Assembly (NCBI GenBank): GCA_029953675.1
Contig: JAMWBK010000011.1
Span: 124,001-188,000, forward strand
From: Rhodosorus marinus CCMP1338
Lineage: Eukaryota; Plantae; Rhodophyta
Direction of reading: 5' to 3'
DNA length: 64,000 bases
Shown in pieces: positions 23,696-33,917 of this stretch; within the stretch, counting starts at the first letter, position 1, and every line of letters starts with the position of its first letter. Below the pieces are notes generated by a model that saw nothing but the letters and a program-made list of their open reading frames with translations, was not told where the DNA came from and made no database searches. Both the position numbers and the translations under genes were made by a program.

Positions 23696-25018
23696 CTAAG
23701 CTCCAATGTTGAATCCAACACCAAACTTAAAGTCCTTCTTCGCGTAATCCGCCTCTCCGCTGAGCAACAGGCTTAGTCCTGGACTGAGCTTCTCCTCATA
23801 CAGGGTGGACAGCTTTCCGGTTGAGTCTATCGTACCAGTAACCATGGCCTTCTCCAGCGAGTACCTAACCGAATCCGTTCGTTCAGAGCCGTCAGAGGCG
23901 GGACTGATGCAAGTTGAGGCATTTATCCGCGATCGTCATACCTGTACCCAAACGTGGAGATGCTCTCTCTGGAGAAGATGTTGAACATGAAGTCGGCCGC
24001 TAAAGACGACGCCGAATTGAGCCGCTTGACATAGCCCATCATAAGCATCCCAAGTCCGGGAGTGACGTTCATGCTTGCATTGTCCGTCTCGTTTTGGTAC
24101 TTCAGGGCTAGAGTGGTTGTTGAGACAGAGTGTTGTCCCTGGGTGAAAGCCCGATTAACGTTTTCCGCTTTCAGATTTGCATTCTGGATGATCGTTTTGT
24201 GTCGAGCCGAGGAGCGAGGAGGCGCGGGATATTGGAGCTTACAATATAGGCAAACTCTCCACCAGCTGACCAGGTTGGGGTGATGCTTTGCATGTATGAA
24301 AGAGAGACCGACTGATCCGACATGAGCTTGATCTGGCTGCAGTAGTCCAAGCCTCTGTGCTCCACTTCGTAGGTTGCTCTTGAAGAGTTGGGCTCTGAAC
24401 CGACGTCGGCAATGACCTTCGACGTCGTTCGCGGGTTGTGCATGTAGATGATCCTTCCGAAGACTCTGCCGGACAAATCGAGTCTGTAAACGGTGACCAG
24501 TAAACGTATCAGGACACGGTAACATGGAATGGGGATCTCGGATCTCCGGGGCACTGTTCAGAAGAGTCTCACCTGGACATCATCACTAGCTGCTGAGTAG
24601 CGTAGGTCGTGAATAGCGTGTAATTGTTTGGAACAGCTTTTGATCCCAGATCAAATCCATGACCGAGATTGAACACCGCAGACGGAGCGAGGAACGCTTT
24701 GAATTGGAGGCCATCGAAAAACTGCTGGGGTGTGAGCATCCCTAGTAAAATCAAAGAAAAAAGTTGTCAGAACGTCGATCAGAAACTTCCGCAAATCCAT
24801 CCAGAACGCTCACCATCCACTTCATTCCGAATATCATCAAAACTCCCAGGATTCGGCAGATCCTTCGGGCGTGCATTCCACCACTCCCGCCTCACCCTCG
24901 TTGCCTTGGACTCCCTGGCCATCCCGTTCTCAACCGCCGCATCGGTCGATTTCGACGCCTCCTTCACCGCATCGATGAACGACGACGCCTCAGCGTTCAT
25001 AGACATACTAGATCCCAT
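23696..25018 (-). CDS. TOM40: Mitochondrial import channel TOM40 (multi-exon)
   Basis: LPNPGSFDDI, FDGLQF, alternating beta-strand segments, STFGYRYD, C-terminus EEKLSPGLSLLLSGEADYAKKDFKFGVGFNIGA*. Confidence 0.9.
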
Positions 25019-26730
25019 TTTTTCTGCTCCTCCTCCACCCCAAAACGCCTCACAATTTCTCCTCTCACTCACACCAAAAATCCACTTCTTCCCTCAGAAA
25101 TACACAAACAGAAACCAAAACTCTTTCTATACAAAACAAAAACAGAAAAACCAAGATCGGATGGGCTCAACAACATACCACCATCCTCATCCAAATACTA
25201 AACCAAACCAGAAAGAAGCTCCCAAAAACAATCCAACATCCAGACCTTCTCATATACTCTAATCTCACCTTGCCCACCCAACAACAACTCGAAGCGAAAC
25301 AACAAGCAAACTATGCGCCGATCCCCAAAGTATAGTTTCCAAAAAAACCAATTAAAAAACGAAGATTTATTGAAGGACAGATTGTCTTTAGGAAGGTAAG
25401 GACAGGCTGTTCTTCGATTCGAACGACGTGCCGTGCGTTGTCTAAGTTTTGGTTCCAGGAGGTTTTATTTTGGTGATGTAAATTGGCTTATTTATTTTAT
25501 ATTTTGGAGATTTGGTTTAGATTTAGAGTAGAATTTCGTAGAAATAGATTTTAGGCTTTTGGTGTTGAGAGGAAGGCGTTGTTGGATCTATGGAGAGGAC
25601 GATAGAGGAAGGGGTAGAGCCATGATGAACTCTCGTGCAAATCAGCAAAATAGTCCTATCCCCCCTTGAACCTTACTTGAAGAAGTCAGACCTGCCTCAT
25701 GACTGGTGGGAGTGGACTTCCGAGGGGGGGGGAGGAGGCTGGTGGCACAGTAGCTAGAGGAGAGGCAACCTTCCTGATCGGCTGAGGTACTGAGAAGAAG
25801 CAGGAGGCAAAATAATTATAAAACAGCCTTGCCGAATCGAAAACGATGGAGCCCTGTCTGTACAATGTTTCTGCTGTGGTTTGCACGCCGGACAATCGAT
25901 GCGATTTGGTAGTTAATGGGTACATCTGTGTCAAAGCGACCTGGGGCCATCAGGTACAATAGGAAACATCATTTTCGAGAGCGATGTCGGGGTTCCGTAG
26001 ATAGCATTCTTCAAGCCGGTTGCGCCCGCATCAAGTCATAAAAGGGGACAAACCAACTGAGCCAGGTGCTGTAGCTACAACAGAAACGCCTAAGCAGAAT
26101 CGAACTGAACGCCTCGGCGAACTATATCACTGCGATTCGGGGGACAATCATCATCCTTCTCCCACCCTGGGTTTCCCTAGAAAAGAGAATTTCCAAAGAC
26201 AGAATCAGGGTGGGAAGATCATCAGCCTCTTCGAACACAGACCACTCACATAGACATAAATCTTAGCCATCATCACCTTCTCCATACAAACAGCAATCTG
26301 ACCATATACACATCAACACAAGACAGTCAACTTCTGCGCTTCCAGAAGCGTCAACCATAGGACACTTAAATCCTTTACAAAAAATTCCAAAATACACCAG
26401 TTCTTTAAGTGATTGATACAATCAATCACCTACAGCTCCTGGCCATAGCTCTACAATGCAATGGCGGATGTTCCCAAAACCGACTTAATTTCTTTCATAA
26501 TATTCGAAAAGTGGGTTTTATGGAAAAGGTTATAAGAGCATTGCTTAGGGTTTGCTGTTGTGGGGCAACTGATGGAGGGGGTGGAAGTGGAAGCGGGTCT
26601 TGGGAGTGCGGGGCTAGTTGAGAGCTTTTGTGCGGGAGATTTGGATTGGAACAGATTTGAAGAGAGACGGCGGTCTGCGAATTTAGCATTTTGAGTTGTT
26701 TTTGAGTTGTTTTGGGGGGCTGGCTTGAAG

Positions 26731-28289
26731 ATGAGGAGTGGATGCTTCGTGCCGAGTGGGTTTTATGGACGTGATGTCCGGGTTGGGAGGGCGTGTAGTG
26801 CGAGGGTACAAACCTGTGCAGTACAAAGGAACAAGAGGCGGGTGATTGTGAGATCGTCGTTTTTGGAACCGTTAGCATCTGATGTTGGGGATGAGGAGCT
26901 TGTGAAGGTGGTCGACGACCTTAGGATTGCGCCGTCGACTGAGAGGATCGACCCTGCATTTGCGTACTCTCTGCTGGATCAGCTTAGGATGGGCAAGACA
27001 GAATTTGATGAGCTGGCAATAGATGTATTTAGAACGCTGCAGAACCGAAAGGTTTTGACGTCGTTTGGAGCCTTTGAGAATAGGCATAGTCCTGGAAAAG
27101 ATAAGGGGGTTTCAGTCACGAAGTTTGCTGAGGAAACTGGAATTCCTATGTCTGCTTTATCGCCGAAGAAATCGACGCTTAACGCTTGGCAGTTTTCTGG
27201 AGTCGGCGTTGCTGTTGGTGGGTTTTATCGAACAGCTTTCGCGAGCGATACCAAATCGCCGCCGGCTTGAATCAGTACTGATTTCATTCTTAACACGCTC
27301 TCCTTGCAGGAACATTCTTCATTGCGAGACTGTATCATGTCGACATGTACGCGACAGCCATATCACTTGGAGCGATTGGCGCATTTGCTTTGGATCAAGC
27401 GTTCCTACGGGGCAGTATTTTCGAGTCCATTTACAGATTCTTAATCCCAGAATATCGAGAGAAGATTCTCAAGCATGAGGCTGGCCATCTTCTGCTTGCT
27501 TATCTGTTGGGGTGTCCAATCCGCGGTTACGTCATCGACGCTTACGATGCACTCCTTAAGGGAATTCCTGGACAAGCCGGCACTATCTTTACAGACCCAA
27601 GGCTACAAAACGAGTTACAGGTTTGTCTCACATCCCACCGCTACCCGAACTTGGTCTTAACTGGCCAGTACTAACCTCCAAGCTTTTAACTCCGCAACAG
27701 AACAACAAGCTAACTCAAAAGAGTATAGACCGGTACTCAATTGTCGTCATGGGAGGCATTGCAGCGGAGGCCCTGGAGTACGGACAGGCTGAAGGAGGAC
27801 AGAGTGATGAAGTTGCCCTCGTGTCGCTTCTGGCCGGACTCCGGCCTCCATGGTACCCAGACACAATTCTCAATCAAGCCAGGTAAGCATTCCGGCTCTT
27901 CTGCTCGGCTTTAGGCACAAGCTTAGCTTTTCGGCGCTAACGTTCAGCGGTGCCCTCGTTCCAGGTGGTCTGCACAGTCCGCAATCTTACTCCTCCGTTA
28001 CCAGAGAACCGCGTACGAGGCCCTTGTGGAGGTCATGAGGCGAGGGGCACCTCTTGGAGAGTGTGTGAAGGTCATAGAAGAGAATATTCGGCCCCCGGAG
28101 ACCCATGTTGAATCTGCTGAAGCGGCTGCGTCGGACGGCAGCCGAGCCAGCTCGACCGCAGAAAAGCAGCCGGAACCGAAACCCACCAAAGAGGAAATCC
28201 TCAAGGGTATTGCCGACCGGGAGAAGGATATCGATAGCAGGCTTGAAGAGATTGATAGAATGCTCAGGGATATGAACGATCCAAAGTAA
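26731..28289 (+). CDS. Plastid-targeted M41-like (FtsH protease-domain-only) HExxH protein, VIR3-like family (multi-exon)
   Basis: Transit peptide MRSGCFVPSG.., TM segment, KILKHEAGHLLLAYLLG, GQAGT.F, MGGIAAEALEYGQAEGGQSD. No AAA domain. Confidence 0.8.
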
Positions 28290-28593
28290 CTCTGTCAACC
28301 TGCACACTAGGATTTTACTATAATATTTACTAACTATCCATAAACGGTACAAAATTTTGAGGGAAAAAAAACTGGAGAATGAAGCCGACTGCCAAAGTCA
28401 AGATTCAAGGGGCGGGGACTGTAGTGGTGGTGCTTTTACTAACATAGCCTGGCCGTAGTAGGATTTAAATAGCACGGTCAAGATTCAATGCAGGGAACAG
28501 TAGTAGGATTGAATAGCACTCCAACAAATTAGTCTCTCTGTAGGAAAGTAGTTTTCGAGCACCTCCAGCACTGCAGACGCAGGTGTGCCAGCG

Positions 28594-29693
28594 ATGGAGG
28601 AGGTGGATGTATACGAAACATCAACTGTCCACTTGTTGGAAAGGCTATGTGGTGAGGATATCGGCAGGCGCGGGATAAAGGCGATATCAGAGCATTGCGA
28701 AGGAGAATTGCTCAAAGTCACAAAAACTTTGCTGCAAGCAAAGCGCGTTCTGCTTACCACAGGTTTCTTCGTGCCGACAGGCCAAGCGCCAGAAACTGAT
28801 GGACCGCTCGGAGCGGCCGCCATCGCGCAGGCTCTGTTGCGAGGCGGAGTCTCTGTTGACTTCATTACGGATCCCCTTTGCGCATCGGCAGTCGCCCCGG
28901 TTGTCGAGTTCCTTCGGGGGTAATTGAACAAGATGCTTGGAAACGGCTCGCGGGACTGCGCAGAAACTTGAACTGAACAGTAGCCTTCCTGCTCATTAGG
29001 AGAAACCTGGAAACCAAGGTTTTGATATTTCCGGGTCCGGTTCCAGAGGAAAAACGAGATGGCCTCTCCGAGTCGGCCCACGCAGCGTTTCGCGAATACG
29101 ATCCGACGAGTATTCACGAGTACGCAGAGGAATTCTACAAGGCGCACTGCACCCATTACACTCATTTCCTAAGCATCGAGAGAGTCGGCGCTGCGGACGC
29201 TGAGGGCAAATTCTACAATATGGCTGGCATCGATATCAGCGGAACGACAGGTCGAATTGACTTGCTCTTCGACAACGCGGAGCGATTCAGCTCCATGATG
29301 TCACAGCCCAAACCCCAAACGATTGCTATCGGGGATGGAGGCAACGAGATTGGCATGGGAAAAGTTCGCGAATTGGTGACTCGCGATGTCCCCAAAGGAA
29401 GCCTGATCGGGAGCGTCGCCAGCTGCGACCATTTGATCTCTGCTGGGGTTTCCAACTGGGGAGGCTACGTTCTGGCTGCATCGCTTGCAATCCTTCAACG
29501 AGATGCGGCGTTTCTGTGGTCTTGGCAGGACGATTGCTTGCTTATGGCCGACCTAGTAGCAGCCGAAGCCGTTGATGGAATGTCCGGGAAGGTCACCGGT
29601 GACTCTGTGGACGGAATTAGCTCTAGCGTTCATCAAGCTGTAGTGGATGCTACTCAATCTATCGCTCGGACTGCGATCCAAAGACTCAGCTGA
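28594..29693 (+). CDS. D-glutamate cyclase-like (DUF4392-only) protein (exons 28594-28919, 29000-29693)
   Basis: DIGRRGI, LTTGF, PETDGPLGA, LSIERVG, YNMAGIDIS, TIAIGDGGNEIGMG, AGVSNWGGY. One 80-nt GT-AG intron restores the frame. Confidence 0.85.
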
Positions 29694-30001
29694 GGACCAA
29701 GAGAGTCAAGCGTACACGTAATTCTTTTAATATTATACAATCCAATCGAAGTGTCAAACCGAGTCAAGCTGTTCACCGTTGCGCCCAGTGCTCGAAGCGG
29801 ACATTGTCTAACGATGACGGTGCAATCCTCACTCTCCCGATGCGCGAGGGGCCTCGCAGGGATGGCTTATGCAAGAAGCGGACGGAAACGTTCCCCCTTC
29901 TAGCAAAGGACGATTTGGACATTGCATTTCATTTCCATTCCTTTCATGCTCGTCTCGGAGCTGATTTGTGTGCAGAATCTCCACCAAAAGATGGACCTCG
30001 C

Positions 30002-31075
30002 TCATGTAGAATCGGGAAGCCAGAGCACAACATTCTGACAGGCAGAGGCCATTTGAAGGTAACGCGGGTTAAACGCAGCACATGATACGGGAAAGGCGTG
30101 ACCACCCAGCTCATGCACAACCTTGCCCGTTTCAGTCTGCCAGATAATCACGCGTCCGTCCTCAGACCCCGCGCAAATGAACTCGCCGTCGGGAGAAAAC
30201 GAGCACTCCAACTCCGACTTTTGGGTGTTAACAATACCCGGAAGGTCGCGGATCTTACTTCCATCGAACGCGTCCAAGAGCATCACCGACCCGTCGTATG
30301 TGCTCAGCAGCATGTGCTTCGTGTTCGGGGAGAACTTGAGCTGTGCAATCTCGCTGTCGGCGCGGCCGGTCATGGGTAGTGATACTGAAATGAACGGACC
30401 TTCCTCAAATCTCCTCGCGTCAAATAGCTTGACATGGTGCTTGTAGGTCTTGGCCTCAGAGTAGGCGACTCCAAAGCACACTCCGCTGGGATCGAAGGCA
30501 ACCTGTGGTATCCCTTTTGTTCGAAGCAAGCCAGCGCACTGATTGCTTTTCAGATCCCACAATCTTACGGTATCGTCCTTGGCAGCACTGATGAACGTAT
30601 CGTTTATCGGAGATAGAGCCAAGCAGCATACCCGATGACGATGACCTTTGAAATATCGCAAGTATCGATTGTCGTGGACTGACAGATATCGAATTGAGTC
30701 GTCGTAGTGGGCCTTTGACGCGTATAGCACTGCCGAGTTGTGGTGGGTAAACCGAACGAAACCACATCCATATCTAAACATCCACAAACGCGTAACTATT
30801 AGTGATAAGAAAAGAGAAGCGCGAGTTCGACGGAAGTACAGGTCTGGGCGAAGCGAAAACACCGACTTTTTGGACTTGATCGTTTTATGTATCGTCCCTT
30901 CCAAACAGTTGTACAGTAGTAGCGCCTCATCGTCACCTGAGCTTATCAGGTACGATCCATCCATAGAGAAATCAATGCAGTTGACGCGCTTCTCGTGCTG
31001 CTTGAACACCTTGGCCTTTTTCATCTGCTTCAGAGTGGCCTCCGTCATCTGAACTTCTTCCGTAGTTTCCCCCAT
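30002..31075 (-). CDS. WDR82: WD40 protein WDR82/Swd2 (intron 30774-30866)
   Basis: KSKK-YGCGFVRFTH, DDSIRYLSVHDNRYLRYFKGH, FISAAKDDTVRLWDL, FSPDGEFICAGSEDG, FNPRYLQMASAC. Confidence 0.95.
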   Translation of the reverse strand: MGETTEEVQMTEATLKQMKKAKVFKQHEKRVNCIDFSMDGSYLISSGDDEALLLYNCLEGTIHKTIKSKKSVFSLRPDLYFRRTRASLFLSLIVTRLWMFRYGCGFVRFTHHNSAVLYASKAHYDDSIRYLSVHDNRYLRYFKGHRHRVCCLALSPINDTFISAAKDDTVRLWDLKSNQCAGLLRTKGIPQVAFDPSGVCFGVAYSEAKTYKHHVKLFDARRFEEGPFISVSLPMTGRADSEIAQLKFSPNTKHMLLSTYDGSVMLLDAFDGSKIRDLPGIVNTQKSELECSFSPDGEFICAGSEDGRVIIWQTETGKVVHELGGHAFPVSCAAFNPRYLQMASACQNVVLWLPDST

Positions 31076-31839
31076 ATTGACTCATAACCAGAAAGTTCAA
31101 ACAGACAACGAATCGCTAAGCTCGGCCTTCCAACCAGTCTCGCCCGGGCCACAAGCTCTTTTACTGACGTCCTTTCAGAAAGTGCTCACTCTCACATTAG
31201 TACACATTCGTACACATTCGTGTTTACAAATTTCCCATAATACACCAATTAACATCCTTAACTCAATTTTACACTAATCAAAACTCGCAAATTATCATAT
31301 CTCTTGTAGAACATATTTAATTGGACAAATACTCATACCCTAATCAACTAGTAAAGCCACAATCCAATAAACATCCTTAACCAAGAAAATGAACTATCCC
31401 CATTGGATATAATACATCCTTCCTTCATGACACTCAACACGACATCCATCACCTCAAGATTCCCTCTAATCGTCTCGCATCCGAGACTCGAGAACATAGA
31501 ATTCCAATTTATTAATCTCTCAAATTCTCAAATGATTGATGTTGACTGAAAACTCGAAGCAAATCAATTTACGACCTTAATTTGATTGATAATGATTTAT
31601 TTATAGTATATTATTTGATCTGCTTGAGGTGGTGACGTTGGCGCGGCTTTTGAATGCCAACGACGTTTGGACGAAAGTCACCTTTAGTGAAGACAATAGG
31701 TGGAGGGGGGTGGGGGATGGAGAGGGAGTAGAAGGGAGGAAGGGTTTGGTGAATTAAGTTTTTTCTTGCGTTTTATTGAATGATTTGTTGGTTTTGAATA
31801 CTTCTTTATTTTTCGTTAGGGAGTTCGTTCGGGAGGAAG

Positions 31840-32301
31840 ATGAAGAACGGGTTTTTGACGCTGCAGCAGAAGATTGATATTGTCAAGCAGGCATACGCGA
31901 AGGAGGGTCGTGTGAAAGCGACTGCGAAGGCATATGGTGTGACGACGCGGACGATCTACCGGTGGAAAGAGCTGGTTGACGAGAATGGCCGGCCCAAGGT
32001 GCCCAAGGGTATGATCCAGAAACGGACTAGGCGCACGAGCCAGAAGCTTCGACCGGAGTATGAGGAGGCCTTGATGAAAGCATACGAGAACGCGAAGGAA
32101 TCGAAGAAGTCCTTGAATCGAATCCAGTTTCAGAGAGCTCTGCTCGAGTCGTTTCCCGACTTGAACAATCCAGAGTCGCGCAAACACCTGAAAACGATCG
32201 TTGAAAGTTTCTGTAAGCGACACGAAGTCAGGCTCGCCAGGACTCCGCGGGCAAAGCATAACGCACTGGGCGTCCCTAGCCGAGCTTCCCAACTACTCTA
32301 G
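31840..32301 (+). CDS. Small DNA-binding protein with pogo/CENP-B-like tandem HTH domains and no DDE core
   Basis: LTLQQKIDIV..VKATAKAYGVTTRTIYRWK (psq/BrkDBD-like HTH) followed by a CENP-B-like helical region ending FCKRH. The stop follows without any DDE domain. Confidence 0.7.
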   Translation: MKNGFLTLQQKIDIVKQAYAKEGRVKATAKAYGVTTRTIYRWKELVDENGRPKVPKGMIQKRTRRTSQKLRPEYEEALMKAYENAKESKKSLNRIQFQRALLESFPDLNNPESRKHLKTIVESFCKRHEVRLARTPRAKHNALGVPSRASQLL

Positions 32302-33521
32302 CTCCTGGTCCTATGGTCGAAGGCCTCTACGAAGTCTATTTAAGCAACGTATATCTGCGATAGGGCGAACTGAAGGTCCGGAAACCCTTTTTTCGCTCAC
32401 CCGCTTCCCGACGGATTTGCCCGTGGACGAGAGTACACGTCTTGACTCCTACTCAGATCCTATATTAAAGTATCTTGCATACCCTTGCTAATATATTTGG
32501 TCAGTACTGTTGGTTCATCTGAGCAGTTTATTAGAACAGACTCGGGCTTCACACGAGACAGAATGGATTTCCAAAGCTTTCTGTTCCACGAGTTGAGGAC
32601 AGTGTTGATTTAGTCCTTGGTCTTGACGCAAGCCCTGGCAGACGGTCATTCTCTACGCAGGCTTGCTCACAGTTTATCTTTAACTCTGCCGGAGAATCTC
32701 CGTAGATGTATTCGGAGCCCGACGTTAAAACCATTGCGCTCATTTCAACTGCTATCTCAACAAGGCAACCTACTTGAGCCCATCATGGACCCAATTAACG
32801 CAAAATAAGATGAGAGCCGGCTCTTGCGCATGGCCATGAATGCCACTGCGAGATAGTTCACCCAACTCCAATATATCCTACGTTGGAACTGCCGCTAAGC
32901 ATTCAACATCTCACTAACACACAAGTCGAGCTCTCGATCCGAAAATTCACTCTTGGTAAAAGCGCAAAACGCCCTAGATCGTTGCACACTAAAACTAAGT
33001 CCCAGTACAAAACAGCAAGACGGTGAAGATCAACCTCAAAAGCCCTGGGGCTAACTGACTGACTGAGAAAAAGTCCCCAACCCTTTAATACCTTCATAAC
33101 CAATGGCAGAAAATAAGAACCCTTGTCAGTTACTGACACAACGCCCATAGCTTTGCATCCTCATGCTGGGGATTCTCAAGAAAGCAACTTTACTCAATAC
33201 ACCGCGCTCATCTGGGTCGGCAATGGTTGTTAGAGCATGGCGAAGTCATGTCCAATGAATTACAAACAGACTAAACATCACTGGAAATAATATGAAAGTC
33301 TACAGTTCCAAACGTACAGCGTCAGAAACAATAACCAAGTTGCCGACCCGCCAGGGGTTACGTTGTCATACAGCTCTGACAGGGACTACGCAGGGAAGGA
33401 CTTTAGATAGTCAGTACCAATGATCTATCATCTAAGCATGTGACTATACCATCCTCCTCGCACACCTTGACACAATGGTCTGCCCTCCAGTACATCGTCC
33501 CATCTAACAGACTAGCACCAT

Positions 33522-33673
33522 GCCATGGCGAAGCCATGGCCAACGCCTTCACAGAACATCACAATCCAGGCCAAAGGCATGGCCAATGATCACCAACCTG
33601 GTCAATAGAACTGTGATAGAGTCCAAGCTCACCTCGGGCCAAAGCCATGGCTTCGCCATGGCTTCGCCATGGC
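33522..33673. repeat. Inverted arrays of an 11-bp GCCATGGC(GAA) unit
   Basis: GCCATGGC at 33522, 33533, 33644, 33655 and 33666, variant at 33576. Left GCCATGGCGAAGCCATGGC is the exact reverse complement of right GCCATGGCTTCGCCATGGC. Confidence 0.85.
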
Positions 33674-33917
33674 CAATGTTACTGACAAATCTATATCTAG
33701 GTATATATAAAGAACTTCAAATTGAAATGTTTGGGCGGGGGAATGGTGAGGGGGATGGGGAAGGGTGAGGAGATATGGTTTGGAAAGAGGAGGAGGGAAT
33801 GGAAAGATATGTAAATGGGATTATGTAATTTGGGTATTTGGATAGTATTTAAGGATATGTGTTTATAGGTCGATTTTTTTTTTGGTGTGTGTATGTGTGC
33901 GTGTGTGTGTATTTGAG

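Noticed and set aside
23212-23724. Short ORFs between AP1G1 and TOM40
   Set aside because: Convergent 3' UTR region; no motifs and no supporting promoter signal.
28485-29165. 226-aa minus ORF
   Set aside because: Antisense shadow of the DUF4392 gene.
32550-33100. Possible SNF2 helicase C-terminal remnant on minus (RVLIFCHW, EQA, VEQKALEI)
   Set aside because: Motifs are short, in different frames and poorly spaced; cannot be separated from chance without a translated search.
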